Source: Verrucomicrobiota bacterium
GTDB taxonomy: Bacteria > Verrucomicrobiota > Verrucomicrobiia > Limisphaerales > UBA11358
DNA: 64,000 bases
Assembly (NCBI GenBank): GCA_049511835.1
Contig: JBEKXN010000002.1
Location: 11,219-75,218, forward strand
Reading direction: 5' to 3'
This document shows positions 44,464 to 54,678 of the stretch, one piece after another. Within the stretch, counting starts at the first letter, position 1; every line of letters begins with the position of its first letter. A program made the position numbers and the translations under genes. The notes under the pieces were generated by a model. The model made no database searches. It was not told the origin of the DNA and was given only the letters and a program-made list of their open reading frames with translations.

Positions 44464-45900
44464 TCATTTAGGTTTGGCAGCTTGTTCTTTAGCGAGTTGA
44501 ACCATTTTATCGAACTCATCCTTGCCGCCGAAACGGGAATAGGTTTCTGGCCCCAGTTTTGGAATCAGTTCGTTCAATACGTCCCACTGTCCGGCTTGAT
44601 ATGCGTACCAAGCGTAATATTCATTATAGGAACCGCCGGGATTGGGGTATAGCTGGAAGAAGCGGTCGTAGGCTGATTTGATGTCAGCCCAGACATCAGG
44701 CTGCTTCCAGTAATTGGTCTGTTCTGATTTGTCAATGTAACCTTGGCAATAGTTCCAATGGGCGTCGACCAGCACCAAGGGGACCCGACCGGCCCAATTT
44801 GTGTTCTGTACACATTCGCGTCCGAAATCAAGCATCGCTTCCCGGGAGCCATACCATTTAGGCTCCAGATAGTAGAGTTTTCTTGAACAGGCTTCATAGT
44901 CATTGGGGTTCAATACCATCGCCCGATCAAACCACAGTTCCATTCGATCCTGACCTCCACCCTGGCCCAACATCACGGTCATCATCTGGTGGGCAATTTC
45001 CGGGTCTTTGGGATTTAATTTCCAAGCGTGTTCCAAAGCTTTTTCCGCCGTGTCGAGTCGTTCGCTGAAATGTTCCCAGCCTTTGGCGCTGACGGTGTAG
45101 GCCCAACCACTGCCGCGGGCATTCCACGCCATCTGGATGTAGGCGGTGCCTTTCAATAACCAGACGATGTAATCATCCGGCCAGTTTTCCAACAGTGGTT
45201 TTTCAACGCAACGATAGGCTTGTTGATAATTGTTCGTGTCGCCGCTCATCCAATACAGGTCTTTGTTGGCGATTTCATATGCCTCACGTGCCGGCATGGT
45301 CTTGTCGTTGAGGGCTGCCTCAACGTTTTGGCCGATTAATGGCGTAAATTCTCCCCAAATCGGCTGGTTGGCCGTGTTCGTACCGTAGGTGTATAAGATC
45401 TGATCCAATGCCCATGTTGCCGCATAGAATTTCCGAACAGGAGGATACGTGCTCTTTTGCATGTCCTTCGCCGTTTGGCAAAATGCCTTGAGAAAGGCTT
45501 CCTTGCTGTTCGTCTGGTCGAGCGCGAACCGGATGAAGAGGTATTTTAACATGGGATCGTCACAGCCGGCTTGGACGGCGGATTCACAGTTAGTTGCAAT
45601 GATCAAGCCCCAAGCTTCATTCGATTCGGTGCAGAGCGATCGTACGCGGGCAAATTCAGTCATGGCACGTTTGACTGGCGCGTCCCATTTTGGACTGGTA
45701 TGACCTGCTTTTTCGTAAGCCTCAACCAGCGTTTTAAGGTTCCACGCCAATCTTTGCTCTTTGGCCTGCTCGGGGGAAAGAGTGGGTTGAATTGGCTTCG
45801 GCGCAGTCGTTTTTTTACAACCCGTCGCCGTGAGAAGAAGAAAACCCGTCGTACCTAATACCGCGAGCCACACCAGCAAGATTGAATTCGCGAGCTTCAT
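44464..45900 (-). CDS. Probable lipoprotein with helical-repeat body
   Basis: MKLANSILLVWLAVLGTTGFLLLTATGC signal with Cys. Trp/Tyr-rich helical repeats include ...LEPKWYGSREAM.... AT-richer than the flanks by eye. The resemblance to DUF4034-type proteins is from memory only. Confidence 0.65.
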   Translation of the reverse strand: MKLANSILLVWLAVLGTTGFLLLTATGCKKTTAPKPIQPTLSPEQAKEQRLAWNLKTLVEAYEKAGHTSPKWDAPVKRAMTEFARVRSLCTESNEAWGLIIATNCESAVQAGCDDPMLKYLFIRFALDQTNSKEAFLKAFCQTAKDMQKSTYPPVRKFYAATWALDQILYTYGTNTANQPIWGEFTPLIGQNVEAALNDKTMPAREAYEIANKDLYWMSGDTNNYQQAYRCVEKPLLENWPDDYIVWLLKGTAYIQMAWNARGSGWAYTVSAKGWEHFSERLDTAEKALEHAWKLNPKDPEIAHQMMTVMLGQGGGQDRMELWFDRAMVLNPNDYEACSRKLYYLEPKWYGSREAMLDFGRECVQNTNWAGRVPLVLVDAHWNYCQGYIDKSEQTNYWKQPDVWADIKSAYDRFFQLYPNPGGSYNEYYAWYAYQAGQWDVLNELIPKLGPETYSRFGGKDEFDKMVQLAKEQAAKPK

Positions 45901-45948
45901 GTCGCCTCATCCTTTGTAAAGGATATTACTAGTGCCCAAGTGTTTTTT

Positions 45949-46467
45949 TCATTTTGCAAGTGGCGGCGGGGTGTTCTGCTGGCTCTTCTGAAGGGCCTCT
46001 GCTCCGATTTTGACCAGAACAAGCCTCCGCAAATTGTCGGACGGTTTTGAGGGGTCCGGCCCCTTAAGCATGCCGGCTATGTTGCGCGTAATCTGGACCG
46101 GGGTCAGGATGAGGCCCCAGGGGAATCCCCACCAGCCGAACACGGCCGAGAACAGCACGCCGCCCAACTGGCTTTTGGTCGCACAGGAACGGCAGGAGAC
46201 CTGCGGCTTGGTGGTCCATCGTGTCAAAAACAGGGCTGACCAGACTTGATGGACTTTGTGAACGTCAATCGGGCCGAGTCCACGGCACTTGGGACAGTTG
46301 CCCCGGAAAATTTCCTCCACCTGCCGGTCAATCACGTCCGGCGGGACTTTTTGGGCAACGCTGAGGACATAAGCGTTGGTGAGGCATTTTTTGTTGCAGA
46401 AGCGCTGGGTGCCGGAGCTCAAGCCGCCCATTATAATCGTCGAGCCACAATAACCACATTTTGCCAT
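45949..46467 (-). CDS. Zinc-ribbon membrane protein, hypothetical
   Basis: CGYCG...FCNKKC, CPKCRG and CRSC motifs, followed by two hydrophobic helices (GGVLFSAVFGWWGFPWGLIL). Confidence 0.55.
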   Translation of the reverse strand: MAKCGYCGSTIIMGGLSSGTQRFCNKKCLTNAYVLSVAQKVPPDVIDRQVEEIFRGNCPKCRGLGPIDVHKVHQVWSALFLTRWTTKPQVSCRSCATKSQLGGVLFSAVFGWWGFPWGLILTPVQITRNIAGMLKGPDPSKPSDNLRRLVLVKIGAEALQKSQQNTPPPLAK

Positions 46468-46530
46468 AGGCTTATGGCTCCTTACCCTGAAGCCTCCCGG
46501 TGCGAATGTCGAGTCAGGATTTCCGCGCTC

Positions 46531-48264
46531 TTACGGCTGGAAAGTGTAGGCCTGAACGGTTCCGTTGGCCAAGGCAATCAAAACACCGCTTTGGCCTGAA
46601 CGCGATGCGATGGCAAAACCTGCAAACTCTTTTGCATGGGCAATGGACGAGATTTTTTGTCCGGTTAAGGCAGCAATGACGAGATTTCCCGATCCGTCAA
46701 TGAAGGCCCACTCCTGGGTTCCGTCGCCTTTAAGATCGCCGACGGCGAAACTACTCGTTCGCCAGCCCGCGTGATTGCCAATCGCGGAGGTCGTCCAGGC
46801 GACCTTTCCGGTCTCGTCAAAAGCCACCGCGTTGTCACCGTTGATCGCGGCTATCTGAATGGTTTTGTCGGCGGTCCGGCACGCGGCCATTTGCGCGTAA
46901 TATCCGCCGTTCGGGCGCAATGTTGCCTGCGGCTTCCCTTGGGCATCAAACATTCTGACCGATCCTCCAGCTTCGGTGGCAAACACCCGCGCCGGTTGGT
47001 CCCGGGTTGCGGAGACGATGGCCTGGTTCCAGACATTGCCGAGGTCTGCCGACCATAGTTTGTTGCCCTCAGCCGACCACGCCTGAAGACCTCCACCTCC
47101 GTTCATGCCCACAATCATTTCGTCGGTTCCGTCGCCGTTTAAATCGCCCCAATGTGCTCCATCAACGCCGGCGGAAGCGCTGACGCTCCATAATTTCTTT
47201 CCGGAATGATCCATAACCGTCACATCATGGCCCCAGTTGCTGTAACCCAGCAGACGCGCCCCTTTTTCCTTGTTTCGTCCGCATTCGATCAGGGTAAACC
47301 GGCCGGGCAGGGGCAGGGATGACGTTTCCGCCCCGGTCAAATCAAGCACGTGAAGTGTTGACCCGGCGGCAACCAGCACGCGGGGGACGCCGTCGTTCTC
47401 CCAATTGCCCACGCACAGTGCCTGCGCGCCGGTAATATTTGTTGACCACAGGACGGATGGTTTCAGCATCTGGGTCGCGTCGGGCAGGGTGGGTGGACCC
47501 GCCGGTGCCGGCTTGGGTGCGCCGGAAAAATCCGCTGCCAACGCATCGCGCTTCAGGTCGTTGTACTCATGGTAACCGACCGCAACCGTTTGAATGACGC
47601 CTTTGCGGTCAATGAAGAAAGTCGTGGGGATGGATTGGATGTCGGCATAGGGCGATGGCAGATTTTTGGCGGAAGCGATGGGGTAGTTTACCCCCTGTTT
47701 CTTGACGAATTCCGTCAAGGTTTTCGCGTCCTCATCCGAAATGCCGACGATGATCAGGTCATCCCGTGACGTTTGGCTGAAGAGTTGGATGAAATGCGGA
47801 ATTTCCCGCCGGCACGGTGGACACCAGGTCGCCCAAAAATCCAACACGACCCGCTTCCCCTTCAATTCGCCCAGCTTGATGGTCCGGCCATCGAGGGTCG
47901 TAACCGAAATGTCGGGAGCGACCACGCCTTCCCATTTCGTGAAATCAACTTCCGTGCTCTGAGATGCGGACTGCATGAGTTTGCTAAACTTCTGATAGGC
48001 GGAATAGTACAGGATGGCGAATCCGATGCTGGCGATAAGGCCGAGAACTGAAAGCGCCACTCCCCAGCGGGCCATGCCGGCCGGCCGTCTTTTCTTCACC
48101 AGATGCGCCACGCCCAAAGCCAGTCCAATCAATCCCAGGACGCCGCTTACCACCAGAAAACTCAGCACCAAAGACAGAATGCCAAGCACCAGGCTGGCAA
48201 TCGCGAGTCCCAGAGAAGCAGATGATGAAGGCACCGGAACGGAATCAGGGGTTGGTGGTTCCAT
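46531..48264 (-). CDS. Membrane-anchored TlpA/ResA-like thioredoxin fused to an FG-GAP/VCBS-type beta-propeller
   Basis: Two TM helices, a redoxin domain with WATWCPPCRREIPHF, and a C-terminal repeat region with GDLNGDGTDEMIVG and GDLKGDGTQEWAF. The start is ATG 48264 or the ORF-track start at 48327. Confidence 0.8.
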   Translation of the reverse strand: MEPPTPDSVPVPSSSASLGLAIASLVLGILSLVLSFLVVSGVLGLIGLALGVAHLVKKRRPAGMARWGVALSVLGLIASIGFAILYYSAYQKFSKLMQSASQSTEVDFTKWEGVVAPDISVTTLDGRTIKLGELKGKRVVLDFWATWCPPCRREIPHFIQLFSQTSRDDLIIVGISDEDAKTLTEFVKKQGVNYPIASAKNLPSPYADIQSIPTTFFIDRKGVIQTVAVGYHEYNDLKRDALAADFSGAPKPAPAGPPTLPDATQMLKPSVLWSTNITGAQALCVGNWENDGVPRVLVAAGSTLHVLDLTGAETSSLPLPGRFTLIECGRNKEKGARLLGYSNWGHDVTVMDHSGKKLWSVSASAGVDGAHWGDLNGDGTDEMIVGMNGGGGLQAWSAEGNKLWSADLGNVWNQAIVSATRDQPARVFATEAGGSVRMFDAQGKPQATLRPNGGYYAQMAACRTADKTIQIAAINGDNAVAFDETGKVAWTTSAIGNHAGWRTSSFAVGDLKGDGTQEWAFIDGSGNLVIAALTGQKISSIAHAKEFAGFAIASRSGQSGVLIALANGTVQAYTFQP

Positions 48265-48456
48265 GACAAATCCTTTCGCTTTTATGGCCAGGTGTTTCTG
48301 ACATGAATTGAAACCAAACTGGTTCACCCCGGTCGTCAGTGCAAGAACAAAGCAGCCTTCTGGCCGGGAGATTCATCATGCTTTATGCGCTTCCTTTGCC
48401 CGGGTGTCAATTTGGCGGCTCAGGCCGGTCGGGGAGACTTTGGACGGGTTGAAGTG

Positions 48457-48999
48457 TCAGTCTTGCGAACATTCCTCCCACAGCCTGAAAATTCCGAGCG
48501 CCCGGGTCCAGCGTTCGATGTAGATGGCGTCGCAGCCGGTGGCCGCGAGGTTCTTCACGTCGCGCAGGTGCCGGGGAGAACGTGATTTCCGGGCCCAATG
48601 CAGTTTCGAGATGATGAGATCCTCCTTGCTCACGATCCAAGTCTTGAAGTTTTCAAATTTGACGCGTTGCCGGCGGCTGAATTCCATGAGGCGATAATCG
48701 ATTTGCCGGCAGATGATGCAGTTCACTTTGATGCGGTTTTTCCGGTGGTAAAGGTTGAAGAATGACTGTTGGGCAATGGCACTGTCCACCGCTTCGCGCG
48801 AAATGTCGTACTCAGGATTAAACAACCGGACCATGACCTCGGCGGCAGCGGGGCGCAGGGCAATAACGAAGTCAAGGTTGTGGGGCACGCAGGGCAGGGC
48901 GTAGCAGTTCAGTGCCATCGAGCCGGTGAGCATGTAGCCGATCTGTGCCGCATCGAGTCGCGTGGAAATGTCGCGGACGATGTCAATTTCGTTTTGCAT
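48457..48999 (-). CDS. Nucleotidyltransferase-fold-like protein with degenerate catalytic motif
   Basis: Start moved to ATG 48999. The GS motif is present in LTGSMALNCYALPCVPHNLDFVI, but the usual R-x-T-x-D-x-D is replaced by C-V-P-H-N-L-D. The C-terminal SKEDLIISKLHWARKS...HLRDV block is typical of this family. Confidence 0.5.
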   Translation of the reverse strand: MQNEIDIVRDISTRLDAAQIGYMLTGSMALNCYALPCVPHNLDFVIALRPAAAEVMVRLFNPEYDISREAVDSAIAQQSFFNLYHRKNRIKVNCIICRQIDYRLMEFSRRQRVKFENFKTWIVSKEDLIISKLHWARKSRSPRHLRDVKNLAATGCDAIYIERWTRALGIFRLWEECSQD

Positions 49000-49225
49000 G
49001 CGGGGCAGGGAAGCGACATTTCCAGTTTCACCTTTGATCGAAATGACCGGCCCACTCCGCAGCAGAGGAAAGGATTTGGCGCCGGGGCGCAAATCAACAA
49101 GGTCGCTATTTTGGCATGTTCTTTTTCCAGTCATCGTGCCTCCGCGGTAATAAATCAGCACAAGTTGGGCCAAGCATCCGACAGGTCGCCAGCGTGGATG
49201 GCGTCAATAATGTTGACACCGAGGG

Positions 49226-49372
49226 AAGGATTTAACGCAACTCCGCTGGCGCGCGAGCAGGCGACGCGAAGGCGCAAAGTCACAAAGCGAAAGCGATGTC
49301 GGGCTCTGGTCCAGGACGTGGACGCGATTTTCTGCGTCTCTCGATGTATGTGAAGCGTCCTGGCGGCCCGGT
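49226..49372. repeat. About 150-bp dispersed leader-type repeat (family G)
   Basis: ggaaggatttaacgcaactccgctggcgcgcgagcaggcgacgcgaaggcgcaaagtc...atgtgaagcgtcctggcgg matches 50537-50682. A related sequence lies upstream of tfoX at 43017-43100. Confidence 0.75.
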
Positions 49373-50257
49373 TCAATTACGCGTCAACGCTTTCGCCACG
49401 GCTTCGCCCAGGTCTTCACCGCGCAGTTCCTTGCCGATGATGATGCCGTGGCGGTCGAGCAGATAATCCATCGGGATGCTGTGCACGCCGTATTTTTTCG
49501 CCAGCTTGTTGTCCCAACCCTGGCCATCAAAATACTGCGGCCACGCCATTCCGTGCGCCGGCAGAAAATTCACCAGCGCATCCCGGTTTTCATCCAGGCT
49601 CACGCCGATGATATCGAAACCCTGCGCGTGATACCTCTGGTAGGTGGCGACCACGTTCGGCATCTCCGCCCGGCAGGGCGGACACCACGTCGCCCAAAAA
49701 TCAATCATCGTCACCTTGCCCCGATAGGCCGACACCGACAGCGGCCTGCCCGCGAGGTCCGTCTCGTTGAAGCCGGGAAATTTCTGGCCGACGGCCAATC
49801 CTTCCGGGACCTTCGGGTCCGGTTCGGCGGCAATTTCCGCATTCAATTTCGCGAGCGACAGGCTGGCTCCCTGCGCCGCCGCCGTTCCCTGGAAATCCCG
49901 CGCCACCTGGGTCCAGATGGCCCGCGCCTTGGCCTTGTCGTTCAGGGCGTCCGCGTAGATGTGTGCATCCAGCAGATACAGCCGCGCCAGTTGCTCGCGG
50001 TTGCCATCCTTCACGTGCTGCGCGATCAGGGCATTGATCGCCTGGAGATTTTCCGCCAGATCAGGTTCCGAAGTTTTGCCCGCGTCAAATTTTTGCTTCA
50101 ACTGCGCCGTGACCGCTTGCAGTTCCGGGGCGAAATCCACCTTGCTGGCCGGGGCTTTCGCTGCGGCGGCGGGCGCCTCCGCCAGAGGGATGGAATTGCT
50201 TTGGCCAAACCCGGTATAAGCGACTCCTACCAACGCGAGGAACAGGAGCTTTTTCAT
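49373..50257 (-). CDS. Secreted TlpA-like thiol:disulfide oxidoreductase with N-terminal helical domain
   Basis: Start moved to ATG 50257 (MKKLLFLALVGVAYTGFG). Redoxin motif FWATWCPPCRAEMP. Confidence 0.85.
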   Translation of the reverse strand: MKKLLFLALVGVAYTGFGQSNSIPLAEAPAAAAKAPASKVDFAPELQAVTAQLKQKFDAGKTSEPDLAENLQAINALIAQHVKDGNREQLARLYLLDAHIYADALNDKAKARAIWTQVARDFQGTAAAQGASLSLAKLNAEIAAEPDPKVPEGLAVGQKFPGFNETDLAGRPLSVSAYRGKVTMIDFWATWCPPCRAEMPNVVATYQRYHAQGFDIIGVSLDENRDALVNFLPAHGMAWPQYFDGQGWDNKLAKKYGVHSIPMDYLLDRHGIIIGKELRGEDLGEAVAKALTRN

Positions 50258-50351
50258 AGGCAAATTGGATTCATCCGATGCTGCCAAACAAACCACCGAA
50301 ATCAAACCGGCTCAAGCTTAAACCGATTCAGCTCCCGGCTTTAAAGACAAC

Positions 50352-50407
50352 TGTGGCACAGACCTCTGGTCTGTGTTGTAGGTTCACAGGCCGGAGGCCT
50401 GTGCCAC
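50352..50407. repeat. REP family C copy
   Basis: tgtggcacagacctctggtctgtg...cacaggccggaggcctgtgccac. Confidence 0.85.
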
Positions 50408-50462
50408 GAAAAGTCACGTTCTAGCATCTTTGCGCCAAGGCGTAAAAAAAATGAATTACCGC

Positions 50463-50521
50463 GACTTCGGCAACGCGTTCAGCGGGTCGGGGACAATTTC
50501 TTTGAAGGAGTTGTCGGGCAT
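50463..50521 (-). pseudogene. tfoX 5'-end relic (encodes only MPDNSFKEIVPDPLNALPKSR then stop)
   Basis: Matches the first ~55 bp of the tfoX-like gene. ATG is retained at 50519-50521 and a stop falls at 50456-50458. Confidence 0.7.
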
Positions 50522-50536
50522 GATGCAAACGTGGCG

Positions 50537-50682
50537 GAAGGATTTAACGCAACTCCGCTGACGCGCGAGCAAGCGACGCGAAGCCGCAAAGTCCAAATGC
50601 CGCGAAGCGGCAACGGAAATTAGCCGGGGACAACGTCCCCGGTTGGCATGAAGAATGTGTTACGTCCTGGCGGGACGATGGA
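50537..50682. repeat. Family G leader-type repeat copy
   Basis: See 49226-49372. Confidence 0.75.
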
Positions 50683-50688
50683 AGGTGT

Positions 50689-50714
50689 TGTAGCGGCGCT
50701 CTGTGAGCGCCGGA
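50689..50714. repeat. REP family B half-copy
   Basis: tgtagcggcgctctgtgagcgccgg, identical to 42388-42413. Confidence 0.8.
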
Positions 50715-50724
50715 AGTTAGCAAC

Positions 50725-50780
50725 TGTGGCACAGACCTCCGGTCTGTGTCATAGATTCACAGGCTGGAGGCCTGTGCCAC
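50725..50780. repeat. REP family C copy
   Basis: tgtggcacagacctccggtctgtg...cacaggctggaggcctgtgccac. Confidence 0.85.
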
Positions 50781-50835
50781 GAGAAGTCACGTCCTGACAT
50801 CTTTGTGCCTTGGTGTTGAAATGAATCAGCGCTAC

Positions 50836-50886
50836 TCCGGCAACGCGCTCAACGGGTCAGGGACAATTTCTTTGAAGGAGTCGTCG
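50836..50886 (-). pseudogene. tfoX 5'-end relic
   Basis: ccggcaacgcgctcaacgggtcagggacaatttctttgaaggagtcgtc. Confidence 0.65.
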
Positions 50887-50939
50887 CCGTAAATTTGTTG
50901 TAGTGTCGAGCCACAGGCTCAACGCTACACCGGAGAACA

Positions 50940-51440
50940 CTACACCCGATCTATCACATGAATCTCGCCTTGATACGGCCAATCATCCGGTCGCTCTACC
51001 AACTTCGCTCGCACCGGATTGTGCCAGACGTAATCCCATTTTTGCGTGTAACTTTCATCGCGCCGCAACAGATGGTCGAAAAAGCCCGGCTGCCAGAAGC
51101 TTTTCAACTTCGCGCCTGGAATCGTCGCTGGCTCGTAGCCCAGCGCTGACAACGCCTTGCCCAGACATTGTTTCAAGCCGCTTTCCCACCGCCGCAGTGT
51201 TATGTCGCGCCCGATGCGCACAAAGACATGGATGTGATCCGGCATCAAGACATAGCGTCCCGTCGCCACGTTGAATTTCAATCCGCGCTCAGCGTAGCTA
51301 CAGAACGCGGCATGCACGGAATCATTCGCGAGCAAGGGACGTTTCAACAGCGTGTTGAACGTGACAAAATAAAGCGGCGCATCGAAATGCTGGAAAAGGA
51401 TCGGCAAACGCGGCGGAGTCCCTTTGAGCTTGCGTTCCAT
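50940..51440 (-). CDS. REP-associated tyrosine transposase (RAYT; IS200/IS605 Y1 HUH family)
   Basis: Start moved to ATG 51440, giving 166 aa. The ORF-track N-terminal extension is just translated REPs. HUH motif PDHIHVFV. Catalytic Tyr region YVWHNPVRAKLV. Confidence 0.88.
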   Translation of the reverse strand: MERKLKGTPPRLPILFQHFDAPLYFVTFNTLLKRPLLANDSVHAAFCSYAERGLKFNVATGRYVLMPDHIHVFVRIGRDITLRRWESGLKQCLGKALSALGYEPATIPGAKLKSFWQPGFFDHLLRRDESYTQKWDYVWHNPVRAKLVERPDDWPYQGEIHVIDRV

Positions 51441-51484
51441 GCCGGAAAAATCCGGCGTCTGCGAAGCTTTGTCGAGCCGGAAAT

Positions 51485-51593
51485 TGTAGCGTCGAGGCTG
51501 CGCCTCGATTTTACTGTAGCGTCGAGCCTGTGGCTCGATTGGATTGCGTCGAGCCTGCGGCTCGTCCGGTTGAGCCGCAGGCTCAACGCTACA
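51485..51593. repeat. REP family A cluster (3-4 units)
   Basis: tgtagcgtcgaggctgcgcctcga..., ctgtagcgtcgagcctgtggctcga..., tgcgtcgagcctgcggctcg..., ttgagccgcaggctcaacgctaca. Confidence 0.88.
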
Positions 51594-51694
51594 CCTATGG
51601 CGGGTGGCAGCACTGGTTATGTAGAGATTGGAACGATCCCATCTCGCACATGGCGATTTAAATAATGGTGGCGACTCACAGAAATAACAGAACA

Positions 51695-52273
51695 CTATAG
51701 TCGCCTAAAATCGCACACAGTTTGATAGCACTTTTGAAACTCGGAACCGGATTCACTTGTAAGGAAAAATCCATATTCAAGCACATAGTGTCCAGCAGGC
51801 AATTTTATTGGGATGCTGACAATATTTGTTCCTGCCTTGAAAGAAAAAATGTCTTGGTAAATCATTGTGCGGCTTGTGGCAGAATCTGGTCGAAGGATTC
51901 TTACTACTAGAGGGCTCAAATCCATGAGCACCGCCGAATTTTTGATTACAAATCTAAATTCCACACGATCTTCCGAAACCACACTGTTTTCAAGGCACTC
52001 TCCCTCACCAATTAGGGAAAATGAAGCACCCTGATATTTACCAGGGAAATTATATTGATCGTGGACCGGCTTCGCGATGTTTGCCGTGTTTGTTCTTGTC
52101 GCTGATGTTAAAACTTCTGGGCTTGGTTTGAAGAACGTGTGGATTTTTTCCAAAGCATCGGTGAGTTGCCCCAGACCAATAATTATCAAGCAAACAAAGA
52201 GTAAAATTGAAATCAATCTGTGGTTTTTACACCAGCGAATGAACTCATCCACTTTTGTAATTTTTTCACCCAT
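51695..52273 (-). CDS. Hypothetical membrane-anchored protein, AT-rich orphan
   Basis: 192-aa ORF with one N-terminal TM helix (LISILLFVCLIIIGLG). Strongly AT-richer than the flanks by eye. Sits directly beside the REPtron. Confidence 0.55.
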   Translation of the reverse strand: MGEKITKVDEFIRWCKNHRLISILLFVCLIIIGLGQLTDALEKIHTFFKPSPEVLTSATRTNTANIAKPVHDQYNFPGKYQGASFSLIGEGECLENSVVSEDRVEFRFVIKNSAVLMDLSPLVVRILRPDSATSRTMIYQDIFSFKAGTNIVSIPIKLPAGHYVLEYGFFLTSESGSEFQKCYQTVCDFRRL

Positions 52274-52310
52274 GTATGCAACTAATTATTTATGAAAGCC
52301 TTCATTCTAC

Positions 52311-54227
<1,917 letters not shown>

Positions 54228-54341
54228 TTGTCATGCGCAGGCTAACAAACCAATGAGCAATTGTCCAACGGCGGTAAAAAGCCGTGGCGCGGCTGAAGAA
54301 GGTGGCCCACAGCGGCAGCCGTGGGATGTGGAATTAAACAT

Positions 54342-54503
54342 CTACCGTCTGCCGTAGCGAAGCATTACCATCGCCATGGTTCCAGCGACAACAAGGCTGA
54401 CCAGCAGAACGAGAACGATGATGGACATCTGATTTTTGCGCTGATCGCGTGCCAAATGCGGGAACAGCAGCTTGCCCAAACGTTTGGAGAAATACCTTGT
54501 CAT
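54342..54503 (-). CDS. Small membrane protein (53 aa), not in the ORF track
   Basis: My own translation: MTRYFSKRLGKLLFPHLARDQRKNQMSIIVLVLLVSLVVAGTMAMVMLRYGRR. Paralog of the adjacent gene. Confidence 0.6.
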   Translation of the reverse strand: MTRYFSKRLGKLLFPHLARDQRKNQMSIIVLVLLVSLVVAGTMAMVMLRYGRR

Positions 54504-54519
54504 ATTCACAACGGAGCCA

Positions 54520-54678
54520 TCAGTGCCGGCCGGACATCATCCACATCACCAGCGAGCCGGCGCCGCAAAGGCTGGCCATGAAAACGAGCAGGATGGTTTG
54601 CAACTGGTGATTGCGCTGGTCGCGCGCCAGATGCGGGAACAGCAGCTTGCCCGTGCGTTTTACAAGATATTCGGTCAT
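54520..54678 (-). CDS. Small membrane protein (52 aa), tandem paralog, not in the ORF track
   Basis: My own translation: MTEYLVKRTGKLLFPHLARDQRNHQLQTILLVFMASLCGAGSLVMWMMSGRH. Synonymous differences from its neighbour in the conserved GKLLFPHLARDQR block argue for real coding sequence. Confidence 0.6.
   Translation of the reverse strand: MTEYLVKRTGKLLFPHLARDQRNHQLQTILLVFMASLCGAGSLVMWMMSGRH

Larger units (their letters stand above)
50899..51593 (-). mobile_element. REPtron: RAYT transposase gene flanked on both sides by family A REPs
   Basis: A REP lies at 50899-50929, 10 bp past the stop. A cluster of 3-4 REPs lies at 51485-51593, 45 bp upstream of the start. All carry TGTAGCGTCGAGCC-loop-GGCTCGACGCTACA-type arms. 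Confidence 0.85.
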
